Shown: one piece after another, positions 16,038 through 25,669 of the stretch
Layout of the letters: every line of letters starts with the position of its first letter
Numbering within the stretch: position 1 is the stretch's first letter
NCBI GenBank assembly: GCA_964606955.1
Contig: CAZSHZ010000093.1
Location: 1 to 58,231 of the forward strand
DNA length: 58,231 bases
From: an uncultured Nitrospirota bacterium
GTDB taxonomy: Bacteria; Nitrospirota; Nitrospiria; SBBL01; CAZSHZ01
Direction: 5' to 3'
Translations under genes and position numbers: made by a program
The notes under the pieces: generated by a model
Told to the model about the DNA's origin: nothing
The model's database searches: none
The model's input: the letters and a program-made list of their open reading frames with translations, nothing else

Positions 16038-17708
16038 TCACATTCGCTCGGGCGCCGAGACCCCAAGGATCGAAAGCGCGTTGGCCAAAACGATCCGGAC
16101 CGCCTCGACGAGGGCGAGACGGGCAGCGGACAGTTCAATATCGTCCGCGATGACCCGATGCTTGTAGTAGTAATTGTGGAAGATCCCTGCAACCTCCTGC
16201 AGGTAGAAGGTCAACCGGTGCGGCTCGCGCGCGCCGGCAGCCGACTCGATCAGTCCCGGGTAAAAGGAGAGATAGCGAAGGAGCGCCCGCTCCTCCGGGA
16301 GCGTCAGCCGATGGAAGGCTTCGCCGGGTTCGACGCGATGCTCCTCGGCGAAGCGGATGACGGAACAGACGCGGGCGTGCGCGTACTGAACGTAATAGAC
16401 CGGATTCTCCAAGGACTGCTTCTTAGCGATCTCGAGGTCGAAGTCGAGCGGGGTGTCGGACCGGCGGGTCAGGAACATGAAGCGGGCCGCATCGACGCCG
16501 ACCTCATCGACGACATCCGCCAGGGTTACGAATTCGCCCCCCCTCGTCGACATGGCAACCGGCTTTCCGTCCCGCAACAGATTCACCAGTTGAACCAGAA
16601 TGATGGAGAGACGCTCCGGCGGGATGAGAAACGCCGCAAGGGCGGCCTTCATCCTCGGGACGTAGCCGTGGTGATCGGCCCCCCAAACATCGATGACCTC
16701 ATCGAATCCCCGATCGAACTTGTTTTTGTGGTAAGCGATGTCGGAGGCGAAGTAGGTCGGGCGGCGGTCCTGCGCGCGGAGCGCCACCCGATCCTTGTCG
16801 TCGCCGAACCGGGTCGTCTCGATAAAGAGCGCCCCCTCCCGCTCGTAGGCCAAGCCTCTTTTTTCCAAATCCTCCAGGGAAGAGGCGACCTCCCCCTTCT
16901 CATAGAGAGACGATTCAGAAAACCAGTGATCGAAGCGAACTCTGAATTGCTCCAGATCCTTCCGGATCCCCTTCATGATCTCTCCGGCCGCAAAATTTCT
17001 TAAGGTTGCGATCCCCTCCGCCTCGTCCGCCAAAAGCCGGTCTCCCTCCCGCCTGTGCGCTTCGCGGGCGATCCGGACGATATACTCCCCCTGGTAATAC
17101 CCTTCAGGGAGAGGGGAGATCTCTTCCGACCCCGAACCGAGTTTCCCCGCGCAGAGATCTCTGTATCGCAGGAAGACCGATTTTCCAAGGGTCTCCATCT
17201 GGTTTCCGATGTCGTTGATGTAATACTCGCGTTCGACGTCGTAGCCCACGGCCTCCAGCAGGCAAGCCAAGGCGTCTCCGAGCGCGGCGCCCCGGCCATG
17301 CCCCACATGGAGGGGACCGGTCGGATTTGCCGAGACGAACTCCACCTGAATTCTTTTTCCCTTTCGAGGAGCCCGGCCGAAGCGATCCCCCTTCTCCCGC
17401 ACCTCCCTCAGCACATCGTGCCAGAAGCCGGAGAAAAGGAAGAAGTTTAAATACCCGCCGCCGGCCACCTCAACCCGTTCTATCGGAGGGGCGACCGCAA
17501 TCCTCTTCTTGAGGATTTCAGCGACCTGCCGGGGAGATTTCCTCTCGGCGCGTCCGAGGATCATCGCGACCGGAGAGGCAAAATCACCATGACCCTCCCG
17601 GCGCGGGATCTCCAGGGTGATCGGCGGAAAAGGCTCCGCCTTCAACTCCCCGCTCTCTTTGCATTGTCGGATCGCCTCCGTCAGGAGGCCGACGAGGGTC
17701 TCTCGCAT
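16038..17708 (-). CDS. argS: arginine--tRNA ligase
   Basis: SANPTGPLHVGHGR (HIGH motif), a class I fold and the C-terminal anticodon-binding DALR domain. Confidence 0.95.
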   Translation of the reverse strand: MRETLVGLLTEAIRQCKESGELKAEPFPPITLEIPRREGHGDFASPVAMILGRAERKSPRQVAEILKKRIAVAPPIERVEVAGGGYLNFFLFSGFWHDVLREVREKGDRFGRAPRKGKRIQVEFVSANPTGPLHVGHGRGAALGDALACLLEAVGYDVEREYYINDIGNQMETLGKSVFLRYRDLCAGKLGSGSEEISPLPEGYYQGEYIVRIAREAHRREGDRLLADEAEGIATLRNFAAGEIMKGIRKDLEQFRVRFDHWFSESSLYEKGEVASSLEDLEKRGLAYEREGALFIETTRFGDDKDRVALRAQDRRPTYFASDIAYHKNKFDRGFDEVIDVWGADHHGYVPRMKAALAAFLIPPERLSIILVQLVNLLRDGKPVAMSTRGGEFVTLADVVDEVGVDAARFMFLTRRSDTPLDFDLEIAKKQSLENPVYYVQYAHARVCSVIRFAEEHRVEPGEAFHRLTLPEERALLRYLSFYPGLIESAAGAREPHRLTFYLQEVAGIFHNYYYKHRVIADDIELSAARLALVEAVRIVLANALSILGVSAPERM

Positions 17709-17718
17709 CTTTCCTTAT

Positions 17719-18429
17719 CTAACGGACCGTGGCGCGCGGCGAGCTGGATTTCAGGATCGGCCCGGGAACCGAGGCGAGCCTGGGGGTCAGCAGGATCAAA
17801 AGTTCCCTCCCCTCCCGTTGAAAGGAACGATCGGCATGCCAATATTCATACCAATACTGGAAGAAGGGGATGCCGGCCAGCCACGCGCGCACTCCGGAAT
17901 CGGAGGGAGAGGCTCTGCGCCCGAGCGCGAGGGTGTTCCCCGGCCTCAAGAGAAAGTCCTTTTCCTCGGGAGCGGGAGGGGTCGCCCTGACATGAATCAA
18001 AAAATCCCCTTGGAGGGTCATCTGCAAAGTCACATCAATCTTCAATCCCGATGGCGTCCCCTCCCCGCCGAATCCCGCATCGATCCCCTTCTCCCCCGTA
18101 ATCTCGATTTCTTGATTCTCCTGGGTCCGGAACGTGGCGTCGATGAGAACCTCGGCTCCCTCCCCCGCCGCAGCCCGGAATTCTGTGGCAGAGGGATCGA
18201 GGTCTCCGAAGAGGAGCGGAGAACGGGAATCAATCTCTCCGTCCCACTGAAGCCCGAGGGTCTGGAAAAGGAAAGCGGGACCACGAAGGATCGCCGTCTC
18301 GATCGCGATCTGGACAGGAGCATCGGCATCGGCAAACGCGAGTGACGCACCGATCAGAATAAGAATTGCCGAGAGGAGAACGCGGCTCATCTGGCGAAAA
18401 AGTGTAGCGGCTCGCCGAAGGTGAGTCAA
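17719..18429 (-). CDS. secreted protein with a secretin-like C-terminal segment
   Basis: Signal peptide (LLSAILILIGASLAFA). The C-terminus AGIPFFQYW...ELLILLTPRLA resembles the conserved end of secretin domains, but 236 aa is short for a secretin. Confidence 0.4.
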   Translation of the reverse strand: MTHLRRAATLFRQMSRVLLSAILILIGASLAFADADAPVQIAIETAILRGPAFLFQTLGLQWDGEIDSRSPLLFGDLDPSATEFRAAAGEGAEVLIDATFRTQENQEIEITGEKGIDAGFGGEGTPSGLKIDVTLQMTLQGDFLIHVRATPPAPEEKDFLLRPGNTLALGRRASPSDSGVRAWLAGIPFFQYWYEYWHADRSFQREGRELLILLTPRLASVPGPILKSSSPRATVR

Positions 18430-18470
18430 TCTTCTTTACATTTCTTGAGCAGGGCCCTAAGATTGCGCGG

Positions 18471-18995
18471 ATGATTTCGGGCCTCTTGATCCTGGCGCTC
18501 CTGACCGTTGCGGACAGTCTCCCAGGAAAGCCGGTGCCGATCCTCGGAAACGATCACATCGAGCGACCCGATTCTCCACACCGGCCGTACAACAGCAACC
18601 CGCCGACCTCCGGTCCGCACACCCCGTTCATCGCCCGGTGGGGAATCTATCGGGGACCGATCCCGAAGGAGGTGCAGGTCCATAATCTGGAGGATGGAGG
18701 GGTGGTCCTGAACTATAATTGCAGCCGTCTTCCAAAAGGCGCTTCCTGCGAGAGTATGCGCCAAGCGCTTGAGAAGGTCGCCGCCGGGTACTTAAGCCGC
18801 GCGGATCAGGAAAAGAAAGGAAGGTCCGAGTCGCGCTTTGAGCACCTCCTCCTCGCCCCCTATCCGGAGATGGATAGCGCCATCGCGCTGACCGCCTGGG
18901 GCCGGATCGATAAATTCAACGAATTCGAAGAGGGGCGCGTCCGGCGATTCATTGAGGCGTTCATCGGCATCGACCACCATCCCGCGCACGAATAA
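18471..18995 (+). CDS. DUF3105-like secreted/membrane protein
   Basis: The NPPTSGPH...VHNLEDGGVVLNY pattern is recalled from the DUF3105 family. N-terminal hydrophobic segment. Confidence 0.55.
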   Translation: MISGLLILALLTVADSLPGKPVPILGNDHIERPDSPHRPYNSNPPTSGPHTPFIARWGIYRGPIPKEVQVHNLEDGGVVLNYNCSRLPKGASCESMRQALEKVAAGYLSRADQEKKGRSESRFEHLLLAPYPEMDSAIALTAWGRIDKFNEFEEGRVRRFIEAFIGIDHHPAHE

Positions 18996-20499
18996 GATTT
19001 TTACGTTCCGCCTTCTCCTCGCTCTCCTCTCCGGCGTTCTTCTCACCCTCTCATTCCCGACGTACGACCTCTGGCCGCTCGCATGGATCTCCCTTGTCCC
19101 GCTCCTTTTCGCCCTTCGCGCCTCCGGAGGCGTTCCCAAAAGGGAGGCCTTCCTTCTCGGCTGGGCGGCGGGCACGATCCATTTCGCCTCGACGATCTAC
19201 TGGGTGACCATCAGCATGATCGATTTTGGCGGGATGCGCCCTCTCGTCGCATACCCCTTGATGCTCCTTTTGGCCGCATACCTTGGGCTCTATCCCGCCC
19301 TCTTCTCGATTGCCATGGTCCGGCTCCCCTGGGCGGCCGCCCCTTTTCTCTGGACGGCGCTCGAACTGGCGCGAGGCCGCCTTCTGACGGGATTCCCTTG
19401 GGCTTTGATCGGATATTCCCAATACCGGAATCTGACGCTGATTCAGATCGCCGACATCGGAGGGGTCTATCTGGTCGGTTTCATCGTCGTGCTGGTCAAC
19501 GCCGCCCTCGCGTCCGTCATCGTCCAGCGCCGCCGGCGCGCCGTCACCGCGCCATTGACCTGGGTCGCCCTCTCGCTCCTCCTCGCCACCCTCCTCTACG
19601 GCAGAGCCCGGCTGGCCGAGCCGTACGGCGCCGAGCAGCTGCGGGTGGCCGTCATTCAGGGAAATATTCCGCAGGAGCGCAAATGGGACGATCAGTACCG
19701 CCGCGAGGCGATCGACATCTACAGCCGGCTGACGCGCGGCTTCGCCGGCAGCGATCTTGTCGTCTGGCCGGAGACGGCTGCGCCCTTCTTTTTCGAAGCG
19801 GAGAGCCGCTGGCGGGAGGAACTGATCAACCTTGCACGGCGGGAAAGGGTCCCGCTCCTTTTCGGAAGCCCCGCCATGCGTATCATTCCCGACCAAAAAC
19901 CCGTTCTCCTCAACTCGGCGTACCTGATCTCTCCTCTCGACGAGGGGGTGAAGATCGCGCGGTACGACAAGATCCATCTCGTCCCGTTCGGCGAGTACGT
20001 TCCGATCAAGGCGCTCCTTTTCTTTGTCGACAAAATGGCGGAGGGGATAGGAGATTTCATCCCGGGCTCGCAGATCGTCGTCTTGGAGGGGGCGAAAGAG
20101 AAAGTTGGAGTCGTCATCTGTTTTGAGGTGATTTTTCCGGAGCTGGTCCGGCAATTCGTCTTGCAGGGAGCGCGGGTGATGACCACCATCACAAACGACG
20201 CATGGTTCGGCCGATCGGCCGGCCCCTATCAACACTTCTCGATGGCCGTCTTCCGCGCGGTCGAAAACCGGGTTCCCTTTGCGCGGGCCGCGAACAGCGG
20301 GATCTCCGGGTTGATCGATCCCTACGGCCGCGTTCTCGTTCAGACGGAACTCTTCACCGAGGCGACCGCGAGCGCCACCCTGCGGTCCGCAGGCCGTCCG
20401 GCGCTCTATCCCCGAATCGGCGACCTCTTCGCCTGGGCCTGTGCTATAATCGCGCTCGTCGGAACGGCCTTCCGCTTCAAAGGAGAGAGATCCGGATGA
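18952..20499 (+). CDS. lnt: apolipoprotein N-acyltransferase
   Basis: N-terminal multi-TM region followed by a CN-hydrolase domain (VVWPE, ...KxHLVPFGEYVP, VVICFE). The start at 18952 overlaps the previous gene by 44 nt and is uncertain. Confidence 0.85.
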   Translation: MRRSSASTTIPRTNKIFTFRLLLALLSGVLLTLSFPTYDLWPLAWISLVPLLFALRASGGVPKREAFLLGWAAGTIHFASTIYWVTISMIDFGGMRPLVAYPLMLLLAAYLGLYPALFSIAMVRLPWAAAPFLWTALELARGRLLTGFPWALIGYSQYRNLTLIQIADIGGVYLVGFIVVLVNAALASVIVQRRRRAVTAPLTWVALSLLLATLLYGRARLAEPYGAEQLRVAVIQGNIPQERKWDDQYRREAIDIYSRLTRGFAGSDLVVWPETAAPFFFEAESRWREELINLARRERVPLLFGSPAMRIIPDQKPVLLNSAYLISPLDEGVKIARYDKIHLVPFGEYVPIKALLFFVDKMAEGIGDFIPGSQIVVLEGAKEKVGVVICFEVIFPELVRQFVLQGARVMTTITNDAWFGRSAGPYQHFSMAVFRAVENRVPFARAANSGISGLIDPYGRVLVQTELFTEATASATLRSAGRPALYPRIGDLFAWACAIIALVGTAFRFKGERSG

Positions 20500-21594
20500 C
20501 GACAGATCCGCAACAGAGACTTGCCGCGATACGCCGGGAACTCGATCGCGTCCGGGGGCACCTTTGACCCCGGCAAAATCAACGAGCGGCTCGAGCGACT
20601 CTCGCGAGAGGCCTCCGATCCCGATTTCTGGAAGAATCCAGAAAGCGCAAAGAAAACCCTCGGAGAAAAGTCCCGCCTCGAAAAAGAGCTGAAACGTTTT
20701 GAGGAGTTGGACCGGCGGATGAAGAACGCCTCGGAGCTCCTCGACCTCGCCGGCGCAGAGGAGGATCTCCCGCTGATGGAGGAGCTCTCACGAGAACTCT
20801 CCCTCCTCTCCGAACAGGTCTCCCGCCTGGCGGTCGAAAAGATCCTTTCGGGGCCGAAGGACGCCAACAACGCGATCGTCACCATCCACCCGGGGGCGGG
20901 CGGGACCGAATCGCAGGATTGGGCGCAGATGCTGATGCGGATGTACCTTCGGTGGGCCGAACGGAAAGGATTCAAGACCGACATCCTCGACCTTCAACCG
21001 GGGGAGGAGGCCGGAATCAAAAGCGTCACCTTTTCGGTCTCGGGAGAGTTCGCGTACGGATATCTGAAATCCGAATCGGGGGTCCACCGGCTTGTCCGGA
21101 TTTCCCCCTTCGACGCCAACAAGCGCCGCCATACCTCGTTCGCCTCCGCCTTTGTCTCACCGGAGGTCGGCGAAGAGCCGGAGGTGATGCTCGACGACAA
21201 GGATCTTAAAACCGATACCTACCGCGCCTCCTCGGCCGGCGGCCAGCATGTCAACAAAACCTCCTCCGCCGTCAGAATCACGCATCTCCCTACGGGGACA
21301 GTGGTCCAGTGCCAGAATGAACGCTCCCAGCACCAGAATCGGGCCGTGGCCTTGAAGGTCCTCCGCTCCCGCCTGTACGAGATGGCCATGAAGAAGAAGA
21401 AAGAGGAGATCGCGCGGCTTGCGGGGGAAAAGAAGGAGATCGGATGGGGGAGCCAGATCCGTTCCTACGTCTTCCAGCCCTATCAGATGGTGAAAGACCA
21501 TCGGAGCGGGCTGGAGAAGGGAAATGTCGAGGCGGTGATGAACGGAGAGATCGACGACTTTATAGACGCCTATCTCTTGGCGTCGGCGGGCTAA
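20496..21594 (+). CDS. prfB: peptide chain release factor 2, programmed +1 frameshift: join(20496..20564,20566..21594)
   Basis: Frame 0 encodes MTTDPQQRLAAIRRELDRVRGHL and stops at TGA 20565-20567, within GGGGGCACCTTTGAC (SD-like GGGGG, then CTT TGA C). The +1 frame continues DPGKINERL... through SPF and GGQHVNKTSSAVR. Confidence 0.92.
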
Positions 21595-21833
21595 ACGGTA
21601 ATCAGGCCTTTGCGAATCGCGTATCGGATCAGATCGGCCATTGTCCGGAGCGCCAGTTTGTTCATGATGTTGGCGCGGTGCGTCTCGACGGTCTTGATGG
21701 AGATCGACAGCCGATCGGCGATTTCCCGGTTGCGGAGACCTCCCGCCACCAGGCGGGCAATCTCGGTCTCCCGGGGCGTCAACCGCCTCAGTCCCTCTCC
21801 CTCCTCTCTTCTTCCTCTGCTTCCTATCGGCAT
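21591..21833 (-). CDS. LuxR/GerE-type HTH protein (DNA-binding domain only)
   Basis: LTPRETEIARLVAGGLRNREIADRLSISIKTVETHRANIMNKL. Start uncertain: M27 at 21833 or the ORF start at 21911. Confidence 0.7.
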   Translation of the reverse strand: MPIGSRGRREEGEGLRRLTPRETEIARLVAGGLRNREIADRLSISIKTVETHRANIMNKLALRTMADLIRYAIRKGLITV

Positions 21834-21949
21834 AGGCCCTCCTCCGCACAGTTGGGCAAAAACTGCGTGACTATGCAGAAGAACAAGGGTGTTGTAAATA
21901 GGTAGAAACACGTTAAATTACCGGAGATTAAAGACGAGAGCGGCGTTCG

Positions 21950-22381
21950 TCAGCGCCGCCCGGTGGAGAGGCTCCGCACGAAGAGGAGGACCAGCCACCC
22001 CTCCTCGTCGTTGATCACGCTCCCGATCATCGGCATCATCGCAGTCCCGGGGCTGCCATGTTTCAATATCCAAAAGAGTTCGCCGTCGGTGCGGGAGCGA
22101 TGAAAGAGGGGATTTGTAAAGTTCCGGGGAGAGGGGTCGAGTCCGACCGCCGCTAATCCGTCCCCCTTCCCCTCCTTTCCATGGCAGACGAGGCAAGTCC
22201 CCTTTCCGACAAAAATCGCCTTTCCCCGGGCGATGTTCTTGGGCGTCGGAGCAAAAGGATTTTTCAGGGAGCGGGCTTGGGCAAGGTGCTCCGGCGGGAC
22301 CCGGGGAGCGATGACGTCACGCTCCGCGGCGTTCCCGCCGGATGGGAAAAACAAAAAGAGAAGAAAAAGTAGAAAACTCAA
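21950..22381 (-). CDS. monoheme c-type cytochrome (paralog 1 of 3)
   Basis: Signal peptide, a single CLVCHG haem site and a distal GSPGTAMMP Met region. Confidence 0.8.
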   Translation of the reverse strand: MSFLLFLLFLFFPSGGNAAERDVIAPRVPPEHLAQARSLKNPFAPTPKNIARGKAIFVGKGTCLVCHGKEGKGDGLAAVGLDPSPRNFTNPLFHRSRTDGELFWILKHGSPGTAMMPMIGSVINDEEGWLVLLFVRSLSTGRR

Positions 22382-22386
22382 AATCG

Positions 22387-22881
22387 CTACGGCTGCTTTG
22401 CCAGGCTCCGCTCAAAGAGGATGATCAGAGACATCTCCTCCTCGGTAATGATCGCGGGAACATACGAGATCATCCCGGTTCCAGGGCTCCCGTTCATAAT
22501 CACCCAGCGCATCTCCCCTTCGCTCTTGGTCGCCGCGAACCTTTGGTTATGGAAGTTGCGCGGGGAAGGATCGAGCCCCGCTCCGGCGGGACCGTCCCCC
22601 CTCCCCTCGTTGCCGTGGCAGGTGAAACAGGTCGCTTTCCCGGTGAAGAACTCCTTCCCCTTTGCGATGTTCTCCGGCGTCGGCGGAAAAGGGTTCTTCC
22701 AGGCCCTCGCCGCCCCGATCTGATCGGGTGGAACACGGAGCGCCAAAGGGTCCTTCTCCGCAGCATGCGCCGCGACGATCGCCAGCACCGCCGCGATCGA
22801 AGCCAAGACGGCGTACTTACTCACACTTTGCGCCGCCGAGGCTCTTTTCGAAGATGATGATCTGCCAGAGCTCGTTCTCAT
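22387..22881 (-). CDS. monoheme c-type cytochrome (paralog 2 of 3)
   Basis: CFTCHG haem site and GSPGTGM. An alternative GTG start at 22824 would cut the overlap with paralog 3 from 65 to 8 nt. Confidence 0.8.
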   Translation of the reverse strand: MRTSSGRSSSSKRASAAQSVSKYAVLASIAAVLAIVAAHAAEKDPLALRVPPDQIGAARAWKNPFPPTPENIAKGKEFFTGKATCFTCHGNEGRGDGPAGAGLDPSPRNFHNQRFAATKSEGEMRWVIMNGSPGTGMISYVPAIITEEEMSLIILFERSLAKQP

Positions 22882-23344
22882 CCACGGTTGGAGTCCCGGT
22901 TAGCCCGAGCGCCGACTCGGCGTCAATCAGATAGGGAACCATCCCCGTCCCATCCGGGTGGCTCGGAGCGTCTTTCTTGGAGAAATCCCCTTTGGTCCCG
23001 TTGGAGGTGACCCAGAACATCTCTCCGCAGCTCTTTTTCTTATGAAACTCCGGGTTGGTGAAATTCCGGGGACCGACCTGCGTTCCGGCCGCTCCCGCGC
23101 CGTCCCCTTTCCCTTCGTTCCCATGGCAGACAAAGCAGGTCGCCTTCCCGACAAAGAGCTCCTGCCCCGCCGCGACATTTTCCGGCGTGCTCGGAAGGGG
23201 GTTCTTCCTGGCCTTGGCGGCCGCTATCAAGTCGGGTGGGACTCTCGGTTTGAGCGGCTCATGTTCCGGCTTTACATCCTGTGCAACCACGTTGAGTGCA
23301 AAAAGGGCGGTGAATATCCCTGCGAGAAACCATGCTCTTTTCAT
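22817..23344 (-). CDS. monoheme c-type cytochrome (paralog 3 of 3, with an internal insertion)
   Basis: Start set at MKRAWFLAGIFTALFALNVVA (signal peptide). CFVCHG haem site. About 30 extra residues before the distal Met region compared with paralogs 1 and 2. Confidence 0.8.
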   Translation of the reverse strand: MKRAWFLAGIFTALFALNVVAQDVKPEHEPLKPRVPPDLIAAAKARKNPLPSTPENVAAGQELFVGKATCFVCHGNEGKGDGAGAAGTQVGPRNFTNPEFHKKKSCGEMFWVTSNGTKGDFSKKDAPSHPDGTGMVPYLIDAESALGLTGTPTVDENELWQIIIFEKSLGGAKCE

Positions 23345-23447
23345 CTTGATCTCCTCTAGGTTGTCCTCTGGCGATCCGTGTAGCCCTCTGTCGAAAGCGC
23401 ACTGTTTAGCACGTTCGGGCGGCTTTTTCAACTTTTTTCCGATTTTC

Positions 23448-23477
23448 TTGACACCCTTTCCGGCCAGGACTTAAGAT
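23448..23477 (+). promoter_or_regulatory. candidate sigma70-type promoter (TTGACA-N18-TAAGAT) upstream of the FGE-like gene
   Basis: TTGACA at 23448-23453 and TAAGAT at 23472-23477. This would give a nearly leaderless TTG start at 23487. Confidence 0.25.
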
Positions 23478-23486
23478 GGCCGAACT

Positions 23487-24281
23487 TTGTGGGTTTTCGC
23501 GCTGCTCGTCTCCCTCTTGTTCGTCGGATGCTCGGCAACCCCCTCCGACATGGTCCGGGTCCCCGCGGGAGAATTCATCAGGGGCACGGATGAGGAGGAT
23601 GTGGAACATAAGGCCGACGAATTCGGGATCGTCAAGCCCTGGTTCGTCGATGAACACCCGATGCGCAAGATCCGCCTTCCGGAATTCAAAATCGACCGTT
23701 ATGAAACGACCAACGAACGGTACCTTTCGTTTGTCCGCGCGACAGGACATCGTCCTCCCCCCCACTGGAACTCTGGGGTGCCCGACGAAAAGATCTTAAA
23801 GAAGCCGGTTGTCCTGGTCACCTGGGATGATGCGCGGGCGTTCTGTCGCTGGGCCGGGAAGAGGCTCCCGACCGAGGCCGAGTGGGAGAAGGCCTCGCGG
23901 GGGGAGGACGGCCGCCCTTATCCCTGGGGCTCCCGTTTCGAGACGAACCGGGCGAACGTTGGGGGGTCCTACGGCGACCTCCTCCCGGTCGGCACCTTTG
24001 AATCGGGAAAGAGTCCCTACGGCGCCTACGATATGGTCGGAAACGTCTGGGAATGGGTGGAGGATTGGTACAAACCCTATCCGGGAAACGGCTATGAGAA
24101 CCCGAATTTCGGGGAGAAGGTCCGGGTGATCCGGGGGAACTCCTGGTCCACCATCGGCCACTTCCCTCCCGAGATCCATCGCGAACTGGTGGAGCACCAC
24201 TCCACGACGACATTCCGCCTCTTCGCACGGCCCGACTCGGTGATTGCCGACGTGGGGTTCCGATGCGCCAAAAGCCGCTGA
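23487..24281 (+). CDS. FGE-sulfatase (SUMF1/EgtB/PvdO) family lipoprotein, lacking the FGE catalytic cysteine pair
   Basis: LLFVGCSA lipobox-like signal. VTWDDARAFCRWAGKRLPTEAEWEKASRG, GNVWEWVEDWY, IRGNSW and GFRCA. No Cys after RGNSW. Confidence 0.8.
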   Translation: MWVFALLVSLLFVGCSATPSDMVRVPAGEFIRGTDEEDVEHKADEFGIVKPWFVDEHPMRKIRLPEFKIDRYETTNERYLSFVRATGHRPPPHWNSGVPDEKILKKPVVLVTWDDARAFCRWAGKRLPTEAEWEKASRGEDGRPYPWGSRFETNRANVGGSYGDLLPVGTFESGKSPYGAYDMVGNVWEWVEDWYKPYPGNGYENPNFGEKVRVIRGNSWSTIGHFPPEIHRELVEHHSTTTFRLFARPDSVIADVGFRCAKSR

Positions 24282-24325
24282 AGCCTTTTAAAACTTCAGG
24301 GATCATCGCCCTCCCCCTCCCCTGG

Positions 24326-25669
24326 ATGACGCCGCAGGAGGCCGCCGCCCGCCTCCGTTCGGAGAGACTCGTCCTCCTTGAGAGTCCGCCGGGCTGCCCC
24401 GTTCCGGCGACCTCCCGTTACTCTTTTCTGGCCGTCGATCCTTTTTTGACGATCACCTCAAGAGGGGAGCGGACGGAGATCAACGGGGCGGATCAGCCGG
24501 GAGACCCCTTTCACATCTTAAAAGAGCTGCTGGCACGGCACCAGACGCCCCGGGTGGCGGGGCTCCCCCCGTTTCAGGGAGGCGCTGCGGGATATTTCGC
24601 CTACGATCTTGTCCGACATCTCGAGAGGGTCCCACTCTCCCCGTGCGACCAGAAGGGGCCGGAGATGGCGATCGGATTTTACGACCTCTGTCTTGCCTGG
24701 GACCATGCAGAAGAGAGCCTGACCGCCATCTTTTCTCCTGCCGGACGCCGAAGCGGGCCCGCCCTTCGTGAGGAGGGAGAGGCGCGGCTCTTTCGCCTGT
24801 GGGAACGCCTCCAAAAGAGGCCGGAAAAATCGACGTTTCGCGCCGCGCCGCGCGACCTGCAGGGAAACATGACGCGGGAGGGGTTCCTCGCCGCGGTCTT
24901 AAGGTGCAAGGAGTACATCGCCGCCGGGGACGTCTTTCAGGTCAACCTCTCCCATCGTCTTACCCTTCCGTTTCGCGGAGATCCCTTTGCCTACTACCGC
25001 CGTCTGATGTCAATCAATCCATCGCCGTTCTCCTCCTTCCTGGAGTTTCCCGATGTCTCGATCGTCTCCGCCTCGCCGGAGCGGCTGGTCCGTCTCCTGC
25101 GCCAAGAGGCGGAGACCCGGCCGATCGCGGGGACGCGCCCTCGGGGTAAAAGCGCACGGGAGGAGGAGAGGATGCGGCAGGAACTCCTCGCAAGCCCGAA
25201 GGAGCGGGCGGAGCATCTGATGCTCGTTGATCTTGAGCGGAACGATCTCGGCAGGGTCGCCCGATACGGGACGATCAAGGTGGATGAGCTGATGACGCTG
25301 GAGAGGTATTCTCATGTCCTTCATATCGTCTCGAATATCAGGGGAGAACTCCCGGAGGGACTCGGGCCGGTCGATCTGCTGCGAGCGGTCTTTCCGGGGG
25401 GGACCGTGACCGGCGTCCCGAAGATCCGCTGCATGGAGATCATCGCAGAACTGGAGCCGACGTCGCGCGGGATCTACACCGGCGCGATCGGCTATCTCTC
25501 CTTCTCGGGCGATATGGATCTGGCGATTCCGATCCGAACGGCGGTCATCTCGCAGGGGAAAGCACACATTCAGACAGGGGCCGGCATCGTCGCGGACTCG
25601 ATTCCCGAGGCGGAATATGACGAGACGATGGCAAAGGCGGCTGCGCTCCTTCAGGCATTGGGTAAATGA
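24326..25669 (+). CDS. chorismate-utilising enzyme, component I (aminodeoxychorismate/anthranilate synthase family; PabB-like by context)
   Basis: Chorismate-binding domain motifs (SPERLV, PIAGTRPRG, DLERNDLGRV, FPGGTVTGVPK, GAIGY, GAGIVADS). 4-nt overlap with a class IV aminotransferase-fold gene. Start at 24326 preferred over 24263, which overlaps the previous gene. Confidence 0.75.
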   Translation: MTPQEAAARLRSERLVLLESPPGCPVPATSRYSFLAVDPFLTITSRGERTEINGADQPGDPFHILKELLARHQTPRVAGLPPFQGGAAGYFAYDLVRHLERVPLSPCDQKGPEMAIGFYDLCLAWDHAEESLTAIFSPAGRRSGPALREEGEARLFRLWERLQKRPEKSTFRAAPRDLQGNMTREGFLAAVLRCKEYIAAGDVFQVNLSHRLTLPFRGDPFAYYRRLMSINPSPFSSFLEFPDVSIVSASPERLVRLLRQEAETRPIAGTRPRGKSAREEERMRQELLASPKERAEHLMLVDLERNDLGRVARYGTIKVDELMTLERYSHVLHIVSNIRGELPEGLGPVDLLRAVFPGGTVTGVPKIRCMEIIAELEPTSRGIYTGAIGYLSFSGDMDLAIPIRTAVISQGKAHIQTGAGIVADSIPEAEYDETMAKAAALLQALGK

